Assembly (NCBI GenBank): GCA_946965045.2
Contig: OX337228.1
Span: 930,001-994,000, forward strand
Origin: Epithemia pelagica
Lineage: Eukaryota; Protista; Bacillariophyta
Reading direction: 5' to 3'
Length of the DNA: 64,000 nucleotides
The notes under the pieces are model-generated. The model did not search any database. It saw only the letters and a list, made by a program, of their open reading frames with translations, and was not told where the DNA came from. Made by a program: the position numbers and the translations under genes. This document shows positions 8,913 to 19,000 of the stretch, piece by piece. Each line of letters opens with the position of its first letter. The first letter of the stretch is position 1.

Positions 8913-10814
8913 ATGTCGTTGGATCAAAGAAAGAAAGCCAAAGTCAACCCCGACGCTATGGAAGTTGATTCTGCCGAAGCACCGGAAACGTTGATTTACT
9001 TAAAGGAGTCGAAGGCAACGACGATAGAAGATGGAGAAATTCTAAAGAGGTTGCGCCCCGTTGTTTTTAAGTTGAAACCGTACGACGACACGGCATCGCT
9101 ATGTTCGGACCTGGACAAAATCGACTTTCTAGAGCAATGTTCGTCGATTGCTTCCAAACCGAAGGATGGTATTTTGAAAGATTTGTTCTCAATTTACTCT
9201 GAATCGATGGATCGCGAAGCCGCTAGTATCTTAACGACGGGCGAAGTTGATCGCATCGATCAAAAGGCGGCGATTGAGATTCGCCAGGCGATTTTATTTT
9301 CACAGTTGGTGGACATAGATGATGAGGAGTCAGGAATGAAGGTTTACAACGAGATGGTTCCTGATTTACAGAGTCCTGGATATATGAAATCCCTCGTCAT
9401 CCGCCCCGACGATCAAGAATTTTGGGACCGATGCATCCAGCTCAGTTTGGAGCATCGCCCGGTGTGTGGAGTGGGAAATCCTGGCATTGGAAAAACAATG
9501 ACGACGCTTTATTTGCTGCAGAAACTCCTCATGATACACAAGAAGCCAGTCGTCTATACTATCCGAATGGAATCTGGATTCAGAGATATCTTTTACGAAT
9601 TTGTTCCGGTTGTCGTGAATGGGACAGTCCCCGCTATTACTGTGTCTGTTCACAATATGTTTCACCACGAAATGATCAAAATTGCCAGTATGAAAGTAAG
9701 AGGAGCATTCTTTGTTGTAGATTCAGGAACATATGAGAATTCGTGCGATGTTTCAAGTGAACTCTTTGAAGCGAGATTCATCATGACTGCCGCTAATGAT
9801 AAACGGCACTGGGGTGGCAGCAATTTTACCAAGTTTCGGGAAGCAGATCCTCATCCGATGGAACCCAGACGTCCAAATTCGAAGACAGGTAGACTGGTGT
9901 ATGGTCGTCTTTGGACTGGAAGTCAAGTGCTCAAGGCTAAGCCTTACATCACGCGCTTGCAAGGTGTCGATGACGAGGAATTGTTGCGTCGTTTCAGAAT
10001 AGTGGGAGGATCCATGCGTGATATCATCGCCTTCAAAGAGAAGGAGTTCACACAAAATGTGGAAGTTGCACTGAATCTCGATGCAGACACAGTCAAAGAT
10101 CTTGCAGAGGGAAGATATCAATTTACTTTTGATCAAACGGTACCCTCGAGTATCCTTATCGGACTGGGTCCAGACGATAAAGACCCGACACTATTCAAGA
10201 CAACCCTGAAATCAGACTTTGTAGAAGAAAGGCTTGCCAGCAGGCACCTTAAAATTTCGTGGTATGCAGTGCTTGACAAGGGCGAGGGCAATCGCGGAAA
10301 CCTTTTCGAATCATATCTGCGTTTGAAGTTCTCCTCTGGACCGGTTCTGTTTTCACAAGAGAAAATCCGTGAGAGCCACCGAGAAAAGCCACCTGCAAGT
10401 AAAAGAGAACGAAAGAACTACCAGCCAGTTCCCAATGGGATGACGATTGGATCAGACCGGAATCTTGTGCGAGTGTCGGATATGAATGCGGCTGTGCACG
10501 CAGACCAGACCCAAGTGAACATGTTCTATTCTAAGGATGAGAGTGAGCCTCTGATCGACATGATTTTTCGGGTCGACAACGGGTACGATGCAGTTCAGGC
10601 TACTATTGGTAAGTCTCACGGTGCTGCTACCGCGAAAATAAGAACCTTGAAGGCTGAATTGGGCTTGCAAGACGACGAAAAACTGCGGATCTTTTTCGCA
10701 GTACCGGTGGGTCGCTTTAGGGAGCTTGAAACGGCTCCAGTCAATCCGCTTCTCGATGAGGAAGACCTCAATAATGTGTTTATTTACCACATTGCCGTCT
10801 CCGACATTGAATGA
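8913..10814 (+). CDS. Crinkler/RHS (retrotransposon hot spot)-type protein, 633 aa: P-loop NTPase plus C-terminal PD-(D/E)xK-like nuclease
   Basis: Walker A GNPGIGKT followed by LYLLQKLL, plus FFVVDSG, IMTAAN, RFRIVGGSMR, GNLFESY and C-terminal PLIDMIF...AVQATIGKSH. Single uninterrupted ORF. Confidence 0.75.
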   Translation: MSLDQRKKAKVNPDAMEVDSAEAPETLIYLKESKATTIEDGEILKRLRPVVFKLKPYDDTASLCSDLDKIDFLEQCSSIASKPKDGILKDLFSIYSESMDREAASILTTGEVDRIDQKAAIEIRQAILFSQLVDIDDEESGMKVYNEMVPDLQSPGYMKSLVIRPDDQEFWDRCIQLSLEHRPVCGVGNPGIGKTMTTLYLLQKLLMIHKKPVVYTIRMESGFRDIFYEFVPVVVNGTVPAITVSVHNMFHHEMIKIASMKVRGAFFVVDSGTYENSCDVSSELFEARFIMTAANDKRHWGGSNFTKFREADPHPMEPRRPNSKTGRLVYGRLWTGSQVLKAKPYITRLQGVDDEELLRRFRIVGGSMRDIIAFKEKEFTQNVEVALNLDADTVKDLAEGRYQFTFDQTVPSSILIGLGPDDKDPTLFKTTLKSDFVEERLASRHLKISWYAVLDKGEGNRGNLFESYLRLKFSSGPVLFSQEKIRESHREKPPASKRERKNYQPVPNGMTIGSDRNLVRVSDMNAAVHADQTQVNMFYSKDESEPLIDMIFRVDNGYDAVQATIGKSHGAATAKIRTLKAELGLQDDEKLRIFFAVPVGRFRELETAPVNPLLDEEDLNNVFIYHIAVSDIE

Positions 10815-11637
10815 TCTTCTGCAAGTTGTCGCGGTATTATTCCATGCAAAGTTGCCTTAGGGCTATTATACATTTGAGATGCTTTTCTGGACATCGTTGT
10901 TGTTTGTTATTGCTCCTGCTAGTAGAAAAGGCCAAGATCCATGAGGCCCCGAGGAGGCTGCAGCCGCGTAGGACATTGAAAACGACGAGTTGCCAGAAGC
11001 AGTAGAGAAATAATCTTGTCAGATCGATTGAAGAAAGGCCCAAGTGTTTTATCCTAGTCGATTGTCAAAAATTCCGATTACAACATGTAGATAATCCTAA
11101 AAGGAACGCGTAGAGCACTCCCCAATCGCATGTCCGGGTCATCTACCCATCGACCCGAATGAAACCCGCAAAGGGTAGAGCACCCTTTGCCATCCATGTT
11201 TGATGGGTGGTCCGCCCAAACCGAATGCAAAAGCATTTACCGACTCTGTATTTTATCATGAGGATACTACGAGTATGAGAGTCTGGATCTAGTAGGTCGG
11301 GGATGGGAGGATGTCGTTCTAAATCCAGCAAAAAAGAAGGAAAGCCACGGACATTACTCATATTTACATGGCGTCTTGCTTCTTTTTCACTCGTGACATC
11401 TCCCTAGTCAAACCATAAATAAACTACCATGTAGAGTTTCCTATGGATGATAAAAGTTCCCAAAGTCGTCTTCTGGTGGATGGCGGATACCCGCCACGCC
11501 ATGCAGAGAGTTCGAGACTGTTTTGTCCGCCTCATTCCACAAAATCGCGGGACTAAACAAACATCCACCCTGTACTTTTAGCACAGTCCTCATATTTCTG
11601 TTTAGAAGGAGAAATACAGGACCCGACATTAACAGCA

Positions 11638-13188
11638 ATGTCGAAACAAATCAGAACCAGTCCAGCAAGAGGGGTATCTCTACAGAAGAGAGGGACTACT
11701 GTAGACAGGAGTCGTCACACCCCTGTATGTGGTGGCCCTTTCGGAACAATCGCGATGTTATGGTTCCCTCCGCTCTGGTTGCTATGCTGGATGGTGGTCC
11801 TAACGTGGTGCCTCCTAGAGCTCGTGTTTCTGGAACAACTTCTCGTTCTGGAGCCGTCCAACTTGGTTCCAGAAAAGACTCCATACAACAACAATCAGCA
11901 ACATCCCGAAAGCAGCATAAAAGGCCACACTAGTCGTTTCGTTCCAACCTTATCCGCCGCAAACACTTCTCAACCTCCAACAACAACAACAACAAACACA
12001 CGGGGGGACTATTCACAGCCAGAGTTTGTTCCTACTCATCGTTCCATCCATCTCAAACCTCAAGAAGGTACACAAAGTCGCAACAACACGACAGTCGCCA
12101 CTACCACCATGCACGAAAAATCAAACAGTTCCAACCTTGCGATCGATCATGTCCATGCTACAGAATTTCCATACGCCTTAAGCTGTCCCGGTCAAGTGTT
12201 GCATCCCCGACAGAACAATTACACAATAGTGTTGGGATACCACGTTGGCATGTTGCGTAATTGGCGTTCCATTGTTCAAGATCAATTGCAAACCTTGTAC
12301 CAATGTGGATTGGGACCGGCGCTTTCCGAGTGGTTTGTTTCGTACGCCATGCCACGGCATTTGCAAGAGCATCATCAACCCGAAAAAGAACCAACACGAC
12401 GCCGTCGTCAACGGCTTGTCCAGGAACTGCAAACCTTGTTAATCCCGCCTCCATCAGTACCACAAAGTGTCACACTACCACAACTCTTTGCCAGTACAGG
12501 AATTCCGTGGGAAGGATCCATGTTGAATCAATTGATTCAGTATTGTCAAGAGATCCCACAAGACAAGAAGGCAACCACTCTGGTCTTTTATTGGCACACC
12601 AAGGGTTCCTCCCGATGGCATCAAGATTGGCGTGCCCGTTGGCAAGAACCATATACGTATGGACCCGTCCTGTATTGGCGCAAATATCTGGAATACTTTG
12701 TCCTGGAACGACCAGCCCATTGCATTCATCGCCTGATGCGAGAGGGAGCACAAATTTGTGGAGTAGCACACCAAGCCCAGTCGGGGATCTATGCTGGCAA
12801 TATATGGGCCGCCACATGCTCGTATCTCACACAAATACCCAAGGTGCAAATTCGAACATTCAACCAACCAGTAATGTCCAATCAAACTCACTCCCCCTCC
12901 TCTCAAAGTTACACCGCCGCCAAGTCTTGGGAGAGTGGGTATTTTGATGCGGAACAAGCCTTTGGTATTCCTCAGCGACAAGCAAGGAAGCAACAACAAG
13001 AGCTGCTGAAGCGAAACCATACTCGTCCGAGTAGTAGTAGCAGGAACGATCTTTCCCATATCTTTGTATCATTGCACCAACCCATACAAGCGCAACGACG
13101 AAAGCGACAAGCCGGTTTCTACGCACATGCGTTGAAACCAGAGGAATATCGTTCCGCCATTGCGGATTGGGGACCACTGTCCGTGTAG
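11638..13188 (+). CDS. Type II membrane protein, putative glycosyltransferase-like, 516 aa (start may be the later MLWFPP)
   Basis: N-terminal TM helix (LWLLCWMVVLTWCLLELVFL) and a T/N/Q-rich stem, then YHVGMLRNWRSIVQDQL, FYWHTKG, YWRKYLEYFVLERP and YAGNIWAATCSY. The enzymatic assignment is inference. Confidence 0.7.
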   Translation: MSKQIRTSPARGVSLQKRGTTVDRSRHTPVCGGPFGTIAMLWFPPLWLLCWMVVLTWCLLELVFLEQLLVLEPSNLVPEKTPYNNNQQHPESSIKGHTSRFVPTLSAANTSQPPTTTTTNTRGDYSQPEFVPTHRSIHLKPQEGTQSRNNTTVATTTMHEKSNSSNLAIDHVHATEFPYALSCPGQVLHPRQNNYTIVLGYHVGMLRNWRSIVQDQLQTLYQCGLGPALSEWFVSYAMPRHLQEHHQPEKEPTRRRRQRLVQELQTLLIPPPSVPQSVTLPQLFASTGIPWEGSMLNQLIQYCQEIPQDKKATTLVFYWHTKGSSRWHQDWRARWQEPYTYGPVLYWRKYLEYFVLERPAHCIHRLMREGAQICGVAHQAQSGIYAGNIWAATCSYLTQIPKVQIRTFNQPVMSNQTHSPSSQSYTAAKSWESGYFDAEQAFGIPQRQARKQQQELLKRNHTRPSSSSRNDLSHIFVSLHQPIQAQRRKRQAGFYAHALKPEEYRSAIADWGPLSV

Positions 13189-13524
13189 TAGGAAACAAGG
13201 CCAAGACGGTTTGATCAGGTTTGTTGGCGGATCGTATCGGATAACTAGGCAGATTGGCATCTAGGCAAAGCAAGAGACTTGTAAAAAAATGCTCATGACA
13301 GGGTGTCTTGGTTATAGAGGTTGTTTTGAGAAACATCTACCAATCTCCATGGCATGCAGTGTTCCTGCGCTTCTGATCGATTTGACATTCGAGGAATTTC
13401 TTGTTCTTGTTTCGTTTTACGTCTTCTTTTCTCTCTCTCTCTGTCTCGATGTTTTCGTAAGGGGTGTCACGACCTGTAGGCAAGCTTCATCTTGTTTCCA
13501 TATAGCGTGTCTTCTTGTTCTTTC

Positions 13525-13974
13525 TTAATCTTTGAGTGTATTGATAATGGTCGCCACCACACCTCCAATTCCACCATCGCCCAAATTGGCCAATGCCAGG
13601 AAATTGAGGGCGATCAATCCAAAGCCAATCGCCGTCAAGGTGACCGAGTCGACATCATCGACCAAATCGACACGAACCTTTTGTGGCTCGCCCAAAGGAC
13701 GAGGAGACGGACGATCAAAACCCAAGGATTGAGCTGATGGCGGTTTCGGGTCGTTATCGTCTGGATTGTTGGAGGAAGCCAAGGGTCTACACGACCATGG
13801 CGACTGTTTTGGTTGGGTCAGAGAAGTGCCACCAAATCCAATTTTCCTGGATGGTGTTTTCGATCGGGTCACAGTAAAGGCTTCCACCGATTGAAACGGT
13901 TGATCCAGTGAATGGAACAGAAAGGAAAGCAAGAGGCAAGCAAGCAGGCTTTGAAGAAATGGCCTTATCGTCAT
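13525..13974 (-). CDS. Small plastid-targeted membrane protein of unknown function, 149 aa
   Basis: Signal peptide ending SVEA|FTV (ASAFAP-type), an S/T/R-rich transit peptide, and a C-terminal hydrophobic Gly-rich segment TLTAIGFGLIALNFLALANLGDGGIGGVVA. Confidence 0.8.
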   Translation of the reverse strand: MTIRPFLQSLLACLLLSFLFHSLDQPFQSVEAFTVTRSKTPSRKIGFGGTSLTQPKQSPWSCRPLASSNNPDDNDPKPPSAQSLGFDRPSPRPLGEPQKVRVDLVDDVDSVTLTAIGFGLIALNFLALANLGDGGIGGVVATIINTLKD

Positions 13975-14293
13975 GGTCGTTTGGAAACCAACAGGAGGTG
14001 GGTTTAGCTACACTAATTGCGTTAGACTGTACTCCCTTGTTATGACTACCTATCTTTTCAATACGTATGGAAACCATATAGATAAATCTACGTTCTGGTA
14101 TCAGATAATATCAGGTTTACCCCACACTCCAGATGGCAGCAGCTGCCGTTTGTTCCCCAGAATGGGACCACCGGGTGAGGGGAATGGAGGATTTTCTGTA
14201 GAACCATAACCGACAAATCTGTGTATCCTCTCAGACACGTTCGGTCCGTATGGCCCATATTTTGATCTTTTTGGAGTCTTGACTGTCTTGACA

Positions 14294-14671
14294 ATGCCCC
14301 TGTCCAAAGAATGGATTGCCACCTATACCAGACAATCCGAGCTATGGCGAGTCCTTTGTCTATTGGAACCCTTCAAAGCTCAAGTCGAAGAAGATCCGAA
14401 TGAAGAATCGAGCAGCAGTGACGAATCCATGTTTTCGGGTGTAATGGCCGAGTCCGAGTTGCGACTGCGGTATGGAAAGTTTCGGCTTTTGTATTCGTCC
14501 TTTATCCGTTGCATGCGATATTTGGCTCGAATCAAGGACGATGCTTTGAGTGGACGACAACCGTCCATGATTGACTATGGAACCAGTGGAGCCGAAACCT
14601 CGTCACACAGTCATCGCAACATTTCGTGCAATCAAAATCTTCAAGACTTTTTGGTAGGGCACGAGGTGTAG
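14294..14671 (+). CDS. Hypothetical ORF or gene fragment in region Y (MPLSKEWIATYTRQSELWRVLCLLEPFK...), possibly part of a decayed gene
   Basis: Open in all three units (also 29912-30289 and 45278-45655). Downstream protein-like sequence continues only in other frames. Confidence 0.4.
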   Translation: MPLSKEWIATYTRQSELWRVLCLLEPFKAQVEEDPNEESSSSDESMFSGVMAESELRLRYGKFRLLYSSFIRCMRYLARIKDDALSGRQPSMIDYGTSGAETSSHSHRNISCNQNLQDFLVGHEV

Positions 14672-16080
14672 TGGCACAAAACAACAACAACCAAAATAAT
14701 AGCCCCTCGTGTCAACAGGAGCAACATCTGCAACATCATCCGGACAGTACAGTGGCCATGGAATCCTTTACCGCAACGATCAAGTTCTCCAACAAAGTAC
14801 CGCCGGAACCTTGCGCAGATTACAGTTCACCTTGAGCAGCAGTGAGAACTTGCGGTCTCGATTCTATGCTGCCGTTGCTTCCCAACAACAATTATCGCTT
14901 GAACAAGCACACAACGAAGCTGTGTTACTTCATGAAGAACAAGAACGGCAGCTGCAAAGACAGAATCAAGAAGCTATCCGTGTAAGGCAGGCTGGCAATG
15001 ACTGACGAAAGCGAAGAACGATGAATCTGTCTGCCGCAGCTCGATGGGATCACTCCATGAACCTGAAGGTACGACGGTTGTTATACAGAGCACAAAACAC
15101 TACGAGTTTATATGAAGCAAGGGGATTGTGTTCGTCGATTTAAACGAAGAACTTTCTCGACAAATTACCCTTTGAGCAAGTCGGTCAAAACAATCATTCC
15201 GATACCTCCATTGGAGCAGAGTTACCAGCAACATTTATGAATCACACACATTGATTATGATCGGCAAAAAATGTATTTTAATTTGTTGATTCGTATTCAT
15301 GTTGAGACTGCAGGCGGGAAATCAAGTCATAGCCTCCACGTATGACCTTTCACTGTATAGTACATAGAAATAATTCTATGCAAAGACATAAAAACGTGTA
15401 CTTCTGAGTCAACGCAACGCACTGAAACATCTTCGATAGCACTCATTCGTTGACATTCCGGTAACTCAAAGTATTGGCCGTTTCGTGGACTCCCGTAGTA
15501 CGACGATTATGCCACTATGAACTACCTAGGTAGAGTATATGAAAGCATTACATGGAGTGTGCAAAGGCTAAGTGGGAAATAAATCTCAAAACAGAAACGA
15601 CGTCTCCAACATGAGAATCCAAGTTACGAACATATCAAAGATATCCGTACCATTCATATCAGATTGGTTGACTGCGCCAACGTGGGAACCCCAGTTGCTC
15701 CCATTTGTTTTGTTCGATTTGAATCTTCAAAGGACATTACATTGCCACATCAACTACCTATGTGTATTGTGTACACAGACCATTTAAAATATTATTATGC
15801 ATCTTTTCTGATGAAGATAATACGACTTAAGCAACTGATATTCTTGGTGAATAGGGCGTCTTTTTTCACGCTATCACAGCTACCGTAGCATTCATGAACT
15901 TCTTTTTCTTCTTTTTGCTCTTTGCACTCTTTGCACTCTTTGCACTCTTGGCCGTTTTAGTTTTTAGTCTTTGAAACTTTTCCACTCTTTTCACTCTTTT
16001 CACTCTTTTTACTCTTTTTACTCTTTTCACTCTTTTCACTCTTTTCACTCTTTTTACTCTTTTTACTCTTTTCACTCTTT

Positions 16081-19000
16081 TCACTCTTTCTTCTTACTCT
16101 TCTTACTCTTCTTACTCTTCTTACTCTTCTTACTCTTCTTACTCTTTTTGCTTGTACTACTCTCCGCAGCCGGCGGAACACCAGCGGTGGGTTCGTCACT
16201 TCTTGACGGAGATTGGGTTGGCTGTGTTGTCGGAACGGCAGTCGGAGCGGCCGTAGGGACACTAGTTGGTGCACTTGTTGGAACCAAAGTGGGAGAAGAC
16301 GTTGGGGCCGTAGGACTTCCTGTAGGACTTGACGTTGGGGCTGTTGGATTGGACGTTGGTTGTGCCGTTGGTGCACTTGTCGGCTGTGAAGTGGGGCCGC
16401 TTGTTGGTGCAGCCGTCGGGGCTGTCGTAGGACCGAAGGTTGGTTGACTAGTCGGACCCGCAGTTGGTCCACTTGTAGGTCCACTTGTTGGTGCAGATGT
16501 TGGAGCTGACGTTGGTCCGGCGGTAGGACCAGATGTTGGACCAGATGTGGGTCCATGTGTTGGAGTACTCGTTGGTGATGAAGTTGGCTCGCTGGTCGGC
16601 GACGATGTTGGTCCACTTGTCGGACTGTTTGTTGGTCCACTTGTAGGTCCCGAAGTCGGAGCTGACGTTGGTCCTGCGGTAGGACCAGATGTTGGACCAG
16701 ATGTGGGTTCATCTGTGGGAGTACTCGTAGGTGATGAAGTTGGTTCGCTGGTCGGCGACGATGTTGGTCCACTTGTTGGTCCACTTGTCGGACTGCTTGT
16801 CGGACCACTTGTAGGTCCCGATGTCGGAGCTGACGTTGGGCCGGCGGTCGGGGCAGATGTTGGACCAGATGTGGGTCCATCTGTGGGAGTATTTGTTGGA
16901 GATGAAGTTGGTTCGCTGGTCGGCGATGATGTTGGTCCACTTGTCGGACTGCTTGTCGGACGACTTGTAGGTCCCGATGTCGGAGCTGACGTTGGTCCGT
17001 CGGTAGGACCAGATGTTGGACCAGATGTGGGTTCATCTGTGGGAGTACTCGTTGGTGATGAAGTTGGTTCGCTGGTCGGCGACGATGTTGGTCCACTTGT
17101 TGGTCCACTTGTCGGACTGCTTGTCGGACTGCTTGTCGGACCACTTGTAGGTCCCGATGTCGGAGCTGACGTTGGGCCGGCGGTCGGGGCAGATGTTGGA
17201 CCAGATGTGGGTTCATCTGTGGGAGTACTCGTTGGTGATGAAGTTGGCTCGCTGGTCGGCGACGATGTTGGTCCACTTGTTGGTCCACTTGTCGGACTGC
17301 TTGTTGGTCCACTTGTAGGTCCCGATGTCGGAGCTGACGTTGGGCCGGCGGTCGGGGCAGATGTTGGACCAGATGTGGGTTCATCTGTTGGAGTACTCGT
17401 TGGTGATGAAGTTGGCTCGCTGGTCGGCGACGATGTTGGCAATGATGTTGGTGCACTTGTCGGACTGCTTGTTGGTCCACTTGTAGGTGACGAAGTCTTT
17501 GGAACTTTTCCACTCTTTTCACTCTTTTCACTCTTTTCACTCTTTTCACTCTTTTCACTCTTTTTGCTTGTACTACTCTCCGCAGCCGGCGGAACACCAG
17601 GGGTGGGTTCGTCAGTACTACTTGACGGAGATTGGGTTGACTGTGTTGTCGGAACGGCAGTCGGAGCGGCCGTAGGGTTACTCTTCTTACTCTTCTTACT
17701 CTTCTTACTCTTTTTGCTTGTACTACTCTCCGCAGTCGGCGGAACACCAGGGGTGGGTTCGTCAGTACTACTTGACGGAGATTGGGTTGGCTCTGTTGTC
17801 GGAACGGCAGTCGGAGCGGCCGTAGGGACACTAGTTGGTCCACTTGTTGGTGCACTCGTTGGTTGACTTGTGGGTGTCGATGTTGGAGCAGACGTTGGGC
17901 CATCAGTCGGAGCAGATGTGGGACCATCAGTCGGTTGGGTTGTCGGAGCGGATGTTGGGCCATCTGTGGGAGCAGATGTGGGACTTGTAGTAGGCTCTGT
18001 TGTCGGAGCTGATGTGGGAGCAGATGTGGGACCAGCGGTTGGTTCTGATGTCGGAGCGGATGTTGGGCCGGCTGTCGGAGCTGATGTGGGACCATCAGTT
18101 GGTTCTGCTGTTGGAGTACTCGTTGGGGTTTCCGTAGGCTCACTGGTCGGCAACGATGTTGGTGATGACGTTGGTGCACTTGTCGGACTGCTCGTCGGAT
18201 TTTCAGTCGGCTCAGTTGTAGGACCACTCGTAGGTGAGCTCGTTGGTTGACTGGTTGGTGTTGATGTGGGAGCGTTCGTCGGGCCGTCTGTGGGACTTGC
18301 AGTGGGATTGTCAGTGGGATTGTCAGTTGGCTGTGATGTGGGAGTACTCGTGGGTGTTTCAGTGGGCTCACTGGTAGGGGTGGACGTAGGTTGACTGGTC
18401 GGAGGTGTGGTGGGACCGACCGTGGGTTGATTAGTGGGATTGTTCGTGGGCGCAGATGTCGGGGTCGATGTGGGATTGTCGGTAGGTCCACTTGTTGGTG
18501 CAGATGTTGGTCCGGCGGTAGGACCAGATGTTGGACCAGATGTGGGTCCATCTGTTGGAGTACTCGTTGGTGATGAAGTTGGCTCGCTGGTCGGCGACGA
18601 TGTTGGTCCACTTGTTGGTCCACTTGTCGGACTGCTTGTTGGTCCACTTGTTGGTGCACTCGTTGGTTGACTTGTGGGTTTCCTGTGGGAAAAGACGTTT
18701 CCTGTGGGAGAAGACGTTGGGGCTGTAGGACTTCCTGTAGGACTTGACGTTGGGGCTGTTGGATTGGACGTTGGTTGTGCCGTTGGTGCACTTGTTGGCT
18801 GTGAAGTCGGGCTGCTTGTTGGTCCCGCAGTCGGAGCTGTCGTCGGACCATTCGTTGGTGCACTTGTGGGCGCTGAGGTAGGACTGTTTGTTGGTGTCGC
18901 CGTCGGAGCTGTAGTTGGACCTGCTGTTGGCTGACTTGTCGGACCCGCAGTTGGTGCACTTGTTGGTGCACTCGTTGGTTGACTTGTGGGTGTCGATGTT

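Larger units (their letters stand above)
5781..14129. mobile_element. 8349-bp PIF/Harbinger-type DNA transposon carrying three cargo genes
   Basis: 28-bp TIRs with 25/28 matches: GAGAGTGGGGTAAACCTGATAATATCAG (5781-5808) and the reverse complement of 14102-14129. 3-bp TSD CAG at 5778-5780 and 14130-14132. The empty site tatgcacCAGatggc is at 29748-29750 and 45114-45116. A DDE_Tnp_4-like gene lies inside. Confidence 0.9.

Noticed and set aside
15575-15760. Possible terminal exon encoding a hydrophobic GPI-like tail (DIFDMFVTWILMLETSFLF*) for the mucins
   Set aside because: The frame upstream of the tail is not conserved between units (indels and a stop in unit 1), and no convincing splice pair links it to the mucin.
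16085-16145. GTAAG donor-like sites in the AGT-AAG (Ser-Lys) repeats as introns that repair the tail frame
   Set aside because: The downstream sequence is purine-rich with no polypyrimidine acceptor. The motif is a by-product of Ser-Lys codons.
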